Shown: piece after piece, positions 48,107-58,400 of the stretch | How the letters are laid out: each line of letters opens with the position of its first letter | Numbering within the stretch: the stretch's first letter is position 1 | NCBI GenBank assembly: GCA_027345565.1 | Contig: DAHWIF010000005.1 | Coordinates: 13,700 to 77,699, forward strand | Direction: 5' to 3' | DNA: 64,000 nucleotides | DNA from: Candidatus Micrarchaeota archaeon | GTDB lineage: Archaea > Micrarchaeota > Micrarchaeia > Micrarchaeales > Micrarchaeaceae | The notes under the pieces: generated by a model | The model's database searches: none | What the model was told of the DNA's origin: nothing | The model's input: the letters and a program-made list of their open reading frames with translations, nothing else | Translations under genes and position numbers: made by a program

Positions 48107-49939
48107 ATGGCGAAGAGCGCAGGAACGGAATGCTATGTCTATCTCGACGGCAGGATAATAGGCTCCGTAAAGGACGGTTCAGCGTTCGCCAAGGAGATAC
48201 GCAAGAACAGGCGGGCGGGCCTGATATCTGGGGAAGTGAACGTCGCATACATAAGGAAGCTCAACGAGGTGCACATAAACGCGGACAGGGGGCGTGCAAG
48301 AAAGCCATATATAATAGTGGAGCACGGCAAGAGCAAGTTCACTGACGAACTGAAGCAGAAGCTCGCCAGCAAGGAGATAGACTTCAACTACATGATAAGA
48401 AGGGGCGTGATCGAGTATCTCGACGCGGAAGAGGAGGAGAATGTGCTCGCCGCGCTTGATGAGAGCGAGATAACGCCCAAGACGACTCATCTGGAGATAG
48501 ACCCGGCCTCGATATTCGGGTTGACAGTGAATTCGAGCGTGTTCATGGAGTTCAACAGCGTAGGGCGGCATTCTATAGCGCTCAACTTCAGCAAGCAGAG
48601 CCAGGGGCTTTATGCGATAAACTTCAACAACAGGTACGACCCGAGGGCGTTCCTGCTCTACTACCCGCAAATCCCGATAGTGAACAGCATCACGTACAGG
48701 ACGCTGGGCCTCAGCAAGCACCCGAGCGGCCAGAACTTTGTCGTGGCGCTCTCCACGTATTACGGCTACAACATGAAGGATGCTGTGGTCCTTAACAAAT
48801 CGGCTGTCGACAGGGGGCTTGGCAGGAGCATATTCTACAGGACATACGGCGACGAGGAGAGGCGCTACCCCGGAGGCCAGCAGGACCACCTCAAGATACC
48901 TCCGGCAACGACCGACGGGTATCTCGGCGAGCACGCGTATGCTAAGCTTAGCGACGACGGCATAGTCGAGGTAGGCACGCAGGTCGACGAGGGAGATGTG
49001 CTGATAGGCAAGGTCTCGCCGCCCAGGTTCCTTGAGGAGCAGACGAGCTTCGGGGTCGGCGAGGAGAAGAGCCGCGACAACTCCGTATCGCTGAGGGCGG
49101 GCGAGGAGGGCGTGGTCGACGACGTGATGCTAAGCGAGACCACAGGCGCGACGAAGATAGTGAAGGTACGCATACGCAGCGTCAAGATCCCGGAAGTGGG
49201 CGACAAGTTCGCATCGCGGCAGGCGCAGAAAGGGGTCGTAGCCCTCATACTCAACCAGGAGGACATGCCTTTCAGCAAGGACGGCATAGTGCCCGACCTC
49301 CTGCTGAATCCGCACAGCCTGCCGGGCAGGATGACGATGGGGCACATGCTGGAGATGCTCGGAGCAAAAGCGGGGTCTCTTCAGGGTACGTATATCGACG
49401 GCACACCCTTCTCCAAGAAGGGAATAGAGAGGATAGAGGAGTACGGCCAGGTGCTCGAAAGGTACGGCTTCGACAGGTTCGGGGACGAGGAGCTCTACGA
49501 TGGCAGGAGCGGGAGGAAATTCAACGCGAAGGTGTTCACCGGAGTCGTATACTACAACAAGCTGCTCCATATGGTGAGCCTTAAGCTTCAGGTGAGGAGC
49601 AGGGGCCCTGTTCAGATACTCACCCACCAGCCAACTGAGGGAAAACCAAGGCGCGGGGGCCTCAAGTTCGGTGAGATGGAGCGTGACGCCCTCGTCGGCC
49701 ACGGCGCCAGCCTTTCGCTGAAGGAGCGCATGCTTGATCAGAGCGACAAGGCGGAGATATGGATCTGCAAGAACGACGGCGATGTGGGCTACTACGACTA
49801 CATAAAGAATGTCCCTGTCTGCCAGCTCTGCAGGGGGAACAACCTAGAACGGGTTGAGATAAGCTATGCGTTCAAGCTCCTGCTTGACGAGATAAAATCG
49901 ATGCACATACTGCCGAGGATGCTGCTAAAGAGTGAATGA
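48107..49939 (+). CDS. rpo2C: RNA polymerase subunit B' (Rpo2C)
   Basis: IEYLDAEEEE, GDKFASR, QPTEG, GGLKFGEMERD, ISYAFKLL. Confidence 0.96.
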   Translation: MAKSAGTECYVYLDGRIIGSVKDGSAFAKEIRKNRRAGLISGEVNVAYIRKLNEVHINADRGRARKPYIIVEHGKSKFTDELKQKLASKEIDFNYMIRRGVIEYLDAEEEENVLAALDESEITPKTTHLEIDPASIFGLTVNSSVFMEFNSVGRHSIALNFSKQSQGLYAINFNNRYDPRAFLLYYPQIPIVNSITYRTLGLSKHPSGQNFVVALSTYYGYNMKDAVVLNKSAVDRGLGRSIFYRTYGDEERRYPGGQQDHLKIPPATTDGYLGEHAYAKLSDDGIVEVGTQVDEGDVLIGKVSPPRFLEEQTSFGVGEEKSRDNSVSLRAGEEGVVDDVMLSETTGATKIVKVRIRSVKIPEVGDKFASRQAQKGVVALILNQEDMPFSKDGIVPDLLLNPHSLPGRMTMGHMLEMLGAKAGSLQGTYIDGTPFSKKGIERIEEYGQVLERYGFDRFGDEELYDGRSGRKFNAKVFTGVVYYNKLLHMVSLKLQVRSRGPVQILTHQPTEGKPRRGGLKFGEMERDALVGHGASLSLKERMLDQSDKAEIWICKNDGDVGYYDYIKNVPVCQLCRGNNLERVEISYAFKLLLDEIKSMHILPRMLLKSE

Positions 49940-52900
49940 GATGCAAGCGGAAAGCATAGATGGAGTGAAGTTCACAACGCTCTCGCCAGAGCTGATAAAG
50001 CACATGAGCGTGGCAAAGCTCATAGTCTCCGACACGTACAACGAGGACGGCTACCCGATCGACGGCGGTGTGGTGGACCAGCGCCTCGGGGTGATAGACC
50101 CGGGATTGAAATGCAAGACCTGCGGCGGCAGGGCGAAGTCGTGCCCAGGCCACTTCGGCCACATAGAGCTCGTAAGGCCGGTGATACACCCAGAGTTCGC
50201 TAAGACGATATACCTCCTGCTGCAGAGCACCTGCGAGAAGTGCCACAGGATACTGATGTCGGAGAGCCAGATAGCCGAGATAAGGCCGGCGATAGAGGAA
50301 TTCGTGAAGGGGGAGGCTGGCGAAGACACGGAGGTCGAGGCGCCGATAATGAAGGAGCCGGAGAAGAAGACAGGGCCGATAATGAAGAGGCTGAAGAGCG
50401 TCAAGAAGTGCCCGCACTGCGAGGCGCCGCAGAGGAAGATAAAGCTTGAAAGGCCGACCTTCTTCTACGTGGAGGGCAACCGCATACGGCCCGACGAGAT
50501 ACGCGACTGGCTCTCAAAGATAAGCAACGATGACCTCTCACTGATGGGCATAGACCCGATAGCCACAAGGCCGGAATGGCTGGTGATAACGGCGCTGCTG
50601 GTCCCTCCGGTGAATATGAGGCCGTCGATCACCCTCGAATCCGGCGAGAGGAGCGAGGACGACCTGACTCACAAGCTGGTCGACATAATGCGCATAAACC
50701 AGAGGCTGAGCCAGGACATAGACGCTGGAGCCCCCCAGATAATAATAGACGACCTATGGGAGCTCCTCCAGTACCAGGTCACCACATATTTCAACAACGA
50801 GACGCCTGGCATACCTGTCGCAAGGCACAGGTCAACGAGGCCTCTCAAGACCTTGGCGCAGAGGCTGAAGGGCAAGGAGGGCCGCCTCAGGTATAATCTC
50901 TCTGGCAAGAGGGTGAATTTCTCAGCGAGGACGGTCATATGCTCTGATGCAAGGCTGACTGTCAACCAGGTCGGGGTGCCAAGGAGGATAGCCGAGAACC
51001 TGACCGTACCGATATACACTACACAGTGGAACATAGAGCTAGTCAGGGACTACCTCAAGAGGACGGAATATCCGATGGTGCTCAACATCATATCGAAGGA
51101 CGGAGTAAGGAAGCGCGTCACCGAAGCGAACAGGGAGGAGCTGATCAAGTCGTTAGCTCCGGGTTTCGTCCTTGAGCGCCAGCTCATAGACGGCGACCTC
51201 GCGCTCTTCAACAGGCAGCCCACCCTGCACAGGCTCTCGGTCATGGCGCACGTGGTGAAGGTGCTGCCGGGGAAGACGCTGAGGCTTAACACGTCGGCAG
51301 CCGTTCCGTACAACGCCGACTTCGACGGCGACGAGATGAACCTCCACGTCCAGCAGTCGATAGAGGCGCAGGCCGAGGCGAGGTACCTCATGCAGCCGAA
51401 GGACCTGATACTCTCGCCACGGGATGGCAGGCCGGTTATGTTCACCGAAGAGGACCAGATAGCCGGTCTATACCTGCTTACAAGAGACGGCGCTTACTTC
51501 ACCAAGGAAGAAGCGTCGATAATGCTGTCATCCGTGATGGTCTATGAGATGCCGAAGAGGGAGAAGAACGGCCTATACAGCGGCAAGGCGATACTCTCGA
51601 TGATACTGCCGAAGGGCCTGGACTACACCGCCACGTCCAACCTCGGTGAGAAGACGGTGATAAAGGACGGCGAGCTCGTCACGGGGACGATAAGCGAGAA
51701 CATAATAGGCATCGGCGGGCCCCTTATCGCCGAGATATTCGAGAAGTACGGCTCTGATGCGGCGGCTAAGTTCCTCCACGAAGTATCGAACATAGCGGTG
51801 AGGTCGGCATACATGTCGGGCTTGACGATCAGCATACGCGACTACTACGAGACAGAGCAGATAAGGAAGGAGAAGGCGCGCATAATAAAGGAGGCGGACG
51901 ATAAGGCCGCCGCGCTCATCGAGAGCTACAGGCAGGGCAAGCTCGAGGTGCTGCCTGGCTATACGAGAAGGGAAACCCTCGAGCTAGAGCTGAGGGTACA
52001 GCTCGACATAGCGAGGGATATAGCCGCAAAGTTCCTCATGAAGACGCTGACCCCGGAGAACAACGCGTACCTGATGGCGATGATAAAGGCGAAGGGCAAT
52101 ATAGTGTTCTTCGTCATGATCAGCATGCTGCTCGGCCAGCAGGCGGTGAGGGGCCGCAGGCCTTCAAGAGGCTACAACGGCCGAATACTCACGTATTTCA
52201 AGAGAAACGACAAGAGGCCAGAGGCGAGAGGCTTCATAAGGTCGTGCTTCATAGAGGGGCTGTCGCCGTCCGAGCTCTACATGCACGCGATGGGCGCGAG
52301 GGACTCGGCGATGACCAAGTCTCTCATAACGGCCGTGAGCGGCTACATGCAGCGCAGGCTGATAAACGCGCTGCAGGACCTCTACGTTGCCGATGACGGC
52401 AGCGTTAAGGACGCGAGCGGGGCGCTGATAGAGACGATATACGGAGGCGACGGCATAGACCCGACGATGCAGATGCTCGCCGCAAGAAAAGGTGACCTGA
52501 TGGCAGGGAACATGAAGGTAGCGTGCGGAGAGGCGGTAGGGGTGGTGGCTGCGCAGTCGATAGGCGAGCCGGGGACCCAGATGGTCCTTAGGTCATTCCA
52601 CTCCGCAGGGATTGCGTCGGTCATAACCACGACCGGGCTGCCGAGGATAATAGAGATCGTGGATGCGAGGAAGAAGCCGAAGTTCCCGATGATGGAGATA
52701 CGCCTCACCAAGCCTGTGGCGAAGAGCTATGAGAAGGCGAAAGAGGTATGGAAGAAAATAGAGGAGGTCAAGGTCTCTGGGGTAATAGACGGCTTCGAGG
52801 AGAACCTCAAGTCCGGCACGATGGTGCTGCACCTCAGCAAGGAGAAGACCGCGCAGCACGACATAACCGGAAGGACGATAGCAAGCAGGCTCTCGAAGCT

Positions 52901-53528
52901 GGAGGGAGTGAGCGCAGACCAGGACGGCAGTGACGTAAAGGTAAAGGTGAAGGACAAGGACACGAAGAGCATACGCACCAGGTTCGTCAAGGTGCTCAAC
53001 TCGGCGATAGCCGGCGTGCCAGGCATACAGAAGGTTGTGATGCAGACCGATGACAACAACGAGTTCTATCTCACAACATCGGGGAGCAACATAGAGGGGG
53101 TGCTCGGCGTGGAGGGCATCGAGAAGGATGAGGTTTACAGCAACGACATATTCGAGGGGCTCAGAGTATACGGGATAGAGGCCGCCAGGAACCTCATAGC
53201 GAACGAGCTGCAGAAGACGATCAACGAGGAGGGAATAACGGTAGGTTTCAGGCACCTGGGCCTGGTGGCTGACGCGATGACGCATACCGGAGTAATAAAG
53301 AGCGTGGGCAGGCACGGGATAGCCGGAGAGAAGGAGTCGGTATTCGCCAGGGCGGCTTACGAGGAGACGGTGAAGCACTTCACCAACGCCAGCGTCTTCG
53401 GCGAGACCGATGCGCTCACGGGCGTCGCCGAGAACATACTGATAGGCAAGCAGGTAGGCGTCGGCACGGGCAGGGTGCACCTAGCGATAAAGAAGGAAGA
53501 GCTTAAGAAGATTAAGAGGAAGGATTAG
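49932..53528 (+). CDS. rpo1: RNA polymerase subunit A, A' and A'' in one ORF (Rpo1N-Rpo1C)
   Basis: CPGHFGHI, NLSGKRV, YNADFDGDEMN, then in frame GEAVGVVAAQSIGEPGTQM and ARAAYE. Confidence 0.93.
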   Translation: MNEMQAESIDGVKFTTLSPELIKHMSVAKLIVSDTYNEDGYPIDGGVVDQRLGVIDPGLKCKTCGGRAKSCPGHFGHIELVRPVIHPEFAKTIYLLLQSTCEKCHRILMSESQIAEIRPAIEEFVKGEAGEDTEVEAPIMKEPEKKTGPIMKRLKSVKKCPHCEAPQRKIKLERPTFFYVEGNRIRPDEIRDWLSKISNDDLSLMGIDPIATRPEWLVITALLVPPVNMRPSITLESGERSEDDLTHKLVDIMRINQRLSQDIDAGAPQIIIDDLWELLQYQVTTYFNNETPGIPVARHRSTRPLKTLAQRLKGKEGRLRYNLSGKRVNFSARTVICSDARLTVNQVGVPRRIAENLTVPIYTTQWNIELVRDYLKRTEYPMVLNIISKDGVRKRVTEANREELIKSLAPGFVLERQLIDGDLALFNRQPTLHRLSVMAHVVKVLPGKTLRLNTSAAVPYNADFDGDEMNLHVQQSIEAQAEARYLMQPKDLILSPRDGRPVMFTEEDQIAGLYLLTRDGAYFTKEEASIMLSSVMVYEMPKREKNGLYSGKAILSMILPKGLDYTATSNLGEKTVIKDGELVTGTISENIIGIGGPLIAEIFEKYGSDAAAKFLHEVSNIAVRSAYMSGLTISIRDYYETEQIRKEKARIIKEADDKAAALIESYRQGKLEVLPGYTRRETLELELRVQLDIARDIAAKFLMKTLTPENNAYLMAMIKAKGNIVFFVMISMLLGQQAVRGRRPSRGYNGRILTYFKRNDKRPEARGFIRSCFIEGLSPSELYMHAMGARDSAMTKSLITAVSGYMQRRLINALQDLYVADDGSVKDASGALIETIYGGDGIDPTMQMLAARKGDLMAGNMKVACGEAVGVVAAQSIGEPGTQMVLRSFHSAGIASVITTTGLPRIIEIVDARKKPKFPMMEIRLTKPVAKSYEKAKEVWKKIEEVKVSGVIDGFEENLKSGTMVLHLSKEKTAQHDITGRTIASRLSKLEGVSADQDGSDVKVKVKDKDTKSIRTRFVKVLNSAIAGVPGIQKVVMQTDDNNEFYLTTSGSNIEGVLGVEGIEKDEVYSNDIFEGLRVYGIEAARNLIANELQKTINEEGITVGFRHLGLVADAMTHTGVIKSVGRHGIAGEKESVFARAAYEETVKHFTNASVFGETDALTGVAENILIGKQVGVGTGRVHLAIKKEELKKIKRKD

Positions 53529-53762
53529 GTGGATAGATTGCAGAACGAGAGGCCTTTCGACCTGCTCAACAGGGTGATAGGCAAGACGGTGCTTGTGCGG
53601 CTCAAGGGCAGCCTTAGCATACGCGGCAGGATCACGTCCTTCGATGCGCATATGAACATTGTGCTTGAGGAAGCGGAGGAGCTGGACGGCGGAGAGACGA
53701 AGGCGAAGCTCGGCACCATACTGCTCAGAGGGGGCAACATAATTTTCGTCTCGCCAGCATAG
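53529..53762 (+). CDS. Lsm/SmAP1 RNA-binding protein
   Basis: RPFDLL, FDAHMNIVL, ILLRGGNIIFVSP. Confidence 0.93.
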   Translation: MDRLQNERPFDLLNRVIGKTVLVRLKGSLSIRGRITSFDAHMNIVLEEAEELDGGETKAKLGTILLRGGNIIFVSPA

Positions 53763-53798
53763 AATAAATACCTTTAGGATAGAGCCATTGGGGGTCTG

Positions 53799-53987
53799 AT
53801 GGATACATCAAGAGCAGCGACGCCGCAAGGCGTGCATGTGGGGCAGGACCTGCAGCGCATGGGGGACCGGAAAGCGCAGGAAATAAAACAGTGCGAGGGC
53901 TGCGGCAGGGTGCTGCTGCATTCGGACGCTGAAACGAGGTACTGCAGCAGATGCGAGATGAAATACATAAGGAAGCAATACGACTGA
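53799..53987 (+). CDS. Small Zn-finger protein
   Basis: CEGC...CSRC. Confidence 0.5.
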   Translation: MDTSRAATPQGVHVGQDLQRMGDRKAQEIKQCEGCGRVLLHSDAETRYCSRCEMKYIRKQYD

Positions 53988-54034
53988 GACCAGTACAGCA
54001 AGCAATAAATAATGCCGATACAAAACATCCATGC

Positions 54035-54106
54035 GGGCTTGTAGCGCAACGGTAGCGCACCTGCATGGCATGCAGGGGGTTGCGGGTTCAAATCCCGCCA
54101 AGTCCA
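54035..54106 (+). tRNA. tRNA-Ala(GGC)
   Basis: GGGCTTG/CAAGTCC acceptor stem with G3-U70; CCTGC-ATGGCAT-GCAGG anticodon arm. Confidence 0.95.
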
Positions 54107-54118
54107 TATTGTGGTCCA

Positions 54119-54613
54119 ATGAAAATGTTATCCGGAAAGGAGAAGGATGAAGCCATGGAGCGCCTTACTGCAGCAGCGGACATAGCCACCGGCTCCACCT
54201 GTTTCAGGGCGAAAGCCGGATCCGTCATAGTCAAGGATGCCACCATAATCGGGAAGGGGGTCAACTCGCCTCCAGACGGTGAGGTGCTGGACCATTGCAG
54301 GAAGGATGACCTGCCGGCGAATTTCAAATCAGACAAGACATGCTGCGTGCACGCAGAATGGAGAGCGATAATAGAGGCGCTAAAGACCAATCCAGAGAAG
54401 ATTAAGGGGGCAAGGCTCTATTTCGTGCGGCTTGACAAGGAAAACAGGATGCAACCGGCTGAGCGCCCCTACTGTACGATATGCAGCAAGCTTGCCTTGG
54501 AAACCGGCATAGCCGAGCTTGCTTACTTCAGCGGAGAAAGCGTTGTCGTTTATGAAGCCAAGGAGCACAACGACCTCTCCTTCGCGTTTAGGGCACCGCA
54601 GAATGGCAAATAG
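54119..54613 (+). CDS. Cytidine/dCMP deaminase family protein
   Basis: STC...GSVIVKD..IIGKGVN, HAE, PYCTIC. Confidence 0.85.
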   Translation: MKMLSGKEKDEAMERLTAAADIATGSTCFRAKAGSVIVKDATIIGKGVNSPPDGEVLDHCRKDDLPANFKSDKTCCVHAEWRAIIEALKTNPEKIKGARLYFVRLDKENRMQPAERPYCTICSKLALETGIAELAYFSGESVVVYEAKEHNDLSFAFRAPQNGK

Positions 54614-54836
54614 CCGTTGATACATCAGCAAATCTTACACCGTATATGCGCCAAGTCCATTCTTCGATGACAAAATTAGTTTTGTTGAGAGTAAAAATCC
54701 CGCCAGGATCCTCAGCGGGTAAGTCCAGATCAGGTTTTGTACCGTAGGTGCTAATGCACTGTTCACTGGTTCTGGGGCGCTGCTATTTTTGATATTTAGC
54801 CAAAATAGCTATAATGCTTAACTAAACTGTACTAAC

Positions 54837-55190
54837 ATGAAAATCAATGTCAAATTCAAAGAAGATAGATTCAGTGAGAGACGTGGAGGAGCTTCAAAGG
54901 CGCTGGATATATTATGTAATAGGTGCGGTAATCTAGTGCTAATTTATCAAAAAGATGGCCCAGGGCCTTTGCTTAGATGCTATGTAGACCGAATCTTATA
55001 CCCAAAGAACTATCTCCCTAAAAACATAAAATACGTAAGACATATACCAAAGCTTACGTGCAACGATTGTAGCGCTCTGATAGGAATGCCGATGAGATAT
55101 AGACGCCATGGAGAGAATAGACTAGCCCTCAACATGATTAAAGGCTCATTTAAAAAGAGAATAAGCATGCAAGTCAAGTTAATAAAGTGA
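54837..55190 (+). CDS. Hypothetical Zn-ribbon protein
   Basis: CNRC...YQKDGPGPLLRCYVDRI...CNDC; AT-rich. Confidence 0.7.
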   Translation: MKINVKFKEDRFSERRGGASKALDILCNRCGNLVLIYQKDGPGPLLRCYVDRILYPKNYLPKNIKYVRHIPKLTCNDCSALIGMPMRYRRHGENRLALNMIKGSFKKRISMQVKLIK

Positions 55191-55434
55191 ATATAGTATG
55201 ACCTTTATCACACTGCTTAGATAACAATATATATCTGGATCGACACTGCACGTGCGTGGGCATCTTTTGAAATTTTTAAGAGGGCGTCCCTACTTCCCTG
55301 AAGTGCAGGCAGCGAATGCAATAATAATATTACCTGGACTCCCGCGGTTCAAGCCTCTGACTCCTTTTTGAGAACTTTCTTTGTGTAGTTTATTTTTTTG
55401 CATTAAAGGCATTTAAGTCCCGTTGTACTCTGTT

Positions 55435-58400
55435 TTATGAATGACGATGTGTTACCCTTTGCCTGTGTCGATTCTTCCTGTTGTAGTATGTCACTATTGC
55501 CACAACGATGATTATCGCGATCATTATCACGATAGCCGCGTATAGCGCAGCGTTGGATGGAGTAGGAGTAACAGGTGGACTTACCACGGTCGTAGGTGCG
55601 ACGGTAGTCGCCACAGTCAGTGCGGTTGTGGTAGGAACTGTTGTAACCTGGGACTCCATTATTGCGACGATCGGGTCTGGCGGCACAGTGAATGTTATGG
55701 TGCATGCTATTGTATTTACGGTGAATGGGGTTATCTTACTCCACGTCCCGTTAATGTATATGTATGGAGCAATTCTTCCTGAAGGCAGCGAGCAGTTGTA
55801 CGGCAATGTAATCGTGCGCGTCTTGTTAGATGAGGTTATGTTGTATGATGTCCCTACTATCGTATAGTTCTTCGGAGGTGTTGGTGGGCTTGACACGGCC
55901 GTTCCTGGCACTGTCGTGGTTACCGGGACGATTGTGGTCGTTGCAGGGCTTACCGTCGTGGTTGTTATCGTCGTAGTAGCAACAGGCAATCCGCCTCCTG
56001 CTCCGCCGCCACCACTGCCACTTCCGTGCGATGTTATTGTGATTAGAGTAGAGTTGAACACATAGCCAGCGTTGTCTGTCGCATTCGCCCTGAACAGGAA
56101 TGTCGATATCGCGGCCGGAGAAACTATTATGGTGTTCGTAGCGCCTGAGTTGGCTACGATTACGTTGCCCATTAGACGCGGCGTTGATGTGGTGACGTTG
56201 TACAGCTTAACGGTTGTCGGGCCGCTGCCGTTGAGCACCTCTATGGTGAACTTCACAGATGATCCATATACAGGTGTAGTGGTGTTAGGAGTTATTATGA
56301 CAGTCGGAATCGCATTCGCTACCAGGGTGTTCGTGAGCGTGTTTGACACTGTTGTGGAAGCGGAATCGAAGACGTTGGCTGTTACTGTATATGAGCCTTG
56401 CGTGCCAGATGGGACTGTGAATGATAGAGTATTTGTGGTCAGGCTGGTGCTAGAGAAGTGCTTGCTCTCCAGCGTTCCTATAGAATTGGATACCACTATG
56501 TTGCCGGTGTAGGTCGGAGTCCCCCCAGACCATGTGTATGTTATCGTCTCATGCTGGCCCACATCAATTATGGAATTCGAAACTGTCAACGATACACCAG
56601 CAAGCGCATTGTAGACGGTTGCTGTGCCGCTTGCACCGGAGGTTGTAGTGACAGGTGTTGAGGCCGTGTCTGTCATCTTTACCTCAAATGTGTACGAACC
56701 GGGTGCTATGTTTGAGGGGGTGACGCACGATATCCCCAAAGAGGATGTTGCGGTGCCTGAATATGCTGCGCACTGCGATGAGGTTGCGGCGGTGTAGGTG
56801 CTGCCACCATTCAATGAATAATACCAGTAGTACGCGACTGTTCCCGAACCGCCTATTGTTGCAGGCAAAGTGTCTGTTGCAGCTGTCTGACCTGCATCCA
56901 CCTTTGGAACAGCTGTCGGCGCAAGTGCTGTTGAAAGAGCATTGTTGACGGTTATTACAGAATTGCCTAGCGCGCTGAATATGTAAGGTGCCGTTGTGCC
57001 TATGTCCGTCACGATGATCCTGAATGTGAAGACGCCGTTGTATGTTGGTATGAATTTCAGGTCAGTTGTTCCACCTATTGGTATGTCTATTACGCTGTTC
57101 GCCACGACCCCACTGTTCGAGTAGACAAGGTTTGCCGTGAACGGCCCTGTGCCACCGGTTATCTCGCTGTTGTACGTTACGCTCTGACCCAGATCCAGCG
57201 TCGCTGCATTGGGAGTTATGCTAGTAACAGACGGCGCAGCATTCACCTTGATGGTGTTTGATATGGAATTGAATATGAATGGGATGGAGGTGCCATCATC
57301 CGTCGCTATTACATTATAGGTGTCTGTGCCCACGGGTGGCACTATGCTGCCGAAGGAGAATACGGCGCCAGCACTTATTCCTGTGATCGTATTCACAGTG
57401 GTGCCGCCTATTACAAGGTTTGCCGTGAACGGTCCTGTGCCACCGGTTATCTCGCTGTTGTACGTTACGCTCTGGCCTGAATCCAGCGTTGTCGCACTTG
57501 GAGTTAGGCTGACAACAGACGGCGCTGCATTCACCTTGATGGTGCCGCTTTCTATAGAATTGACAGTCACATGACTACCTTGGCTGTTGCTTGATAGGGA
57601 GTCGGTGATAATCACATTGGCGAATACTGTATTTCCTGCCGCTGATGATGGTATTGTCCAGGCGAATGAATTGCTGGCCAGCGGACTTGTATACAATGAA
57701 TTTGCTACCGTTGCACCGCTGATTGTGTTTGATACGATCCAATTGTATGTATAGGGTGATATCCCTCCAGTAAAGGACGTGGAGAATGTCACGGACTGCC
57801 CCGCGTCCAAGTATCCGCTGGCACTTTGCGAGATTGAAGGCAACGTGATTATATCTAACGGCGGTATCGTACCATAGTTGTATGCAACAACATTCCCGTT
57901 GCCTCCTGAACCTCCGTTTCCGTATCCAGTGGCGCCGGTTCCGCCGTTACCCCCGAGAGTGTTGTATGTACCAGCGGTATATCCTCCGCTGCCATAAGAC
58001 AACAAAACAAAAGCTCCACCCCCGCCCCCCGCACCTGCACTGGTTAACAGAGCACCAGATCCTCCAGCAATGCCGTTTGCAACGATGTTACCAGCAATGA
58101 TATTGCTAGCTTGTATGTATAATCCATAGACACCGTTCCCGCCAATTATTCCAGAACCAGAAAGCCCGCCTCCGCCCCCTGCCGATGAGAAGTATCCTAT
58201 AAAGTTCCCTGACCACGTGATTATATTAGCATTAGAAATTGTAGGCGAAGCAAGAGAATTTCCTGGGTTACCATTTTCGGATGTAATTGTCCCACCAATG
58301 CCACCAGGAACCAATGTAGCACCGCCGTTCTCACCAGCTACGACCGTGCTCGCCCCCCCGCCACCGCCAGCCCCGGCAAATGAATTAGGCACTCCTATGC

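Noticed and set aside
57126-57544. Repeat pair as a DGR template/variable region
   Set aside because: Mismatches are not adenine-specific, both copies are in-frame coding units, and no reverse transcriptase is present.
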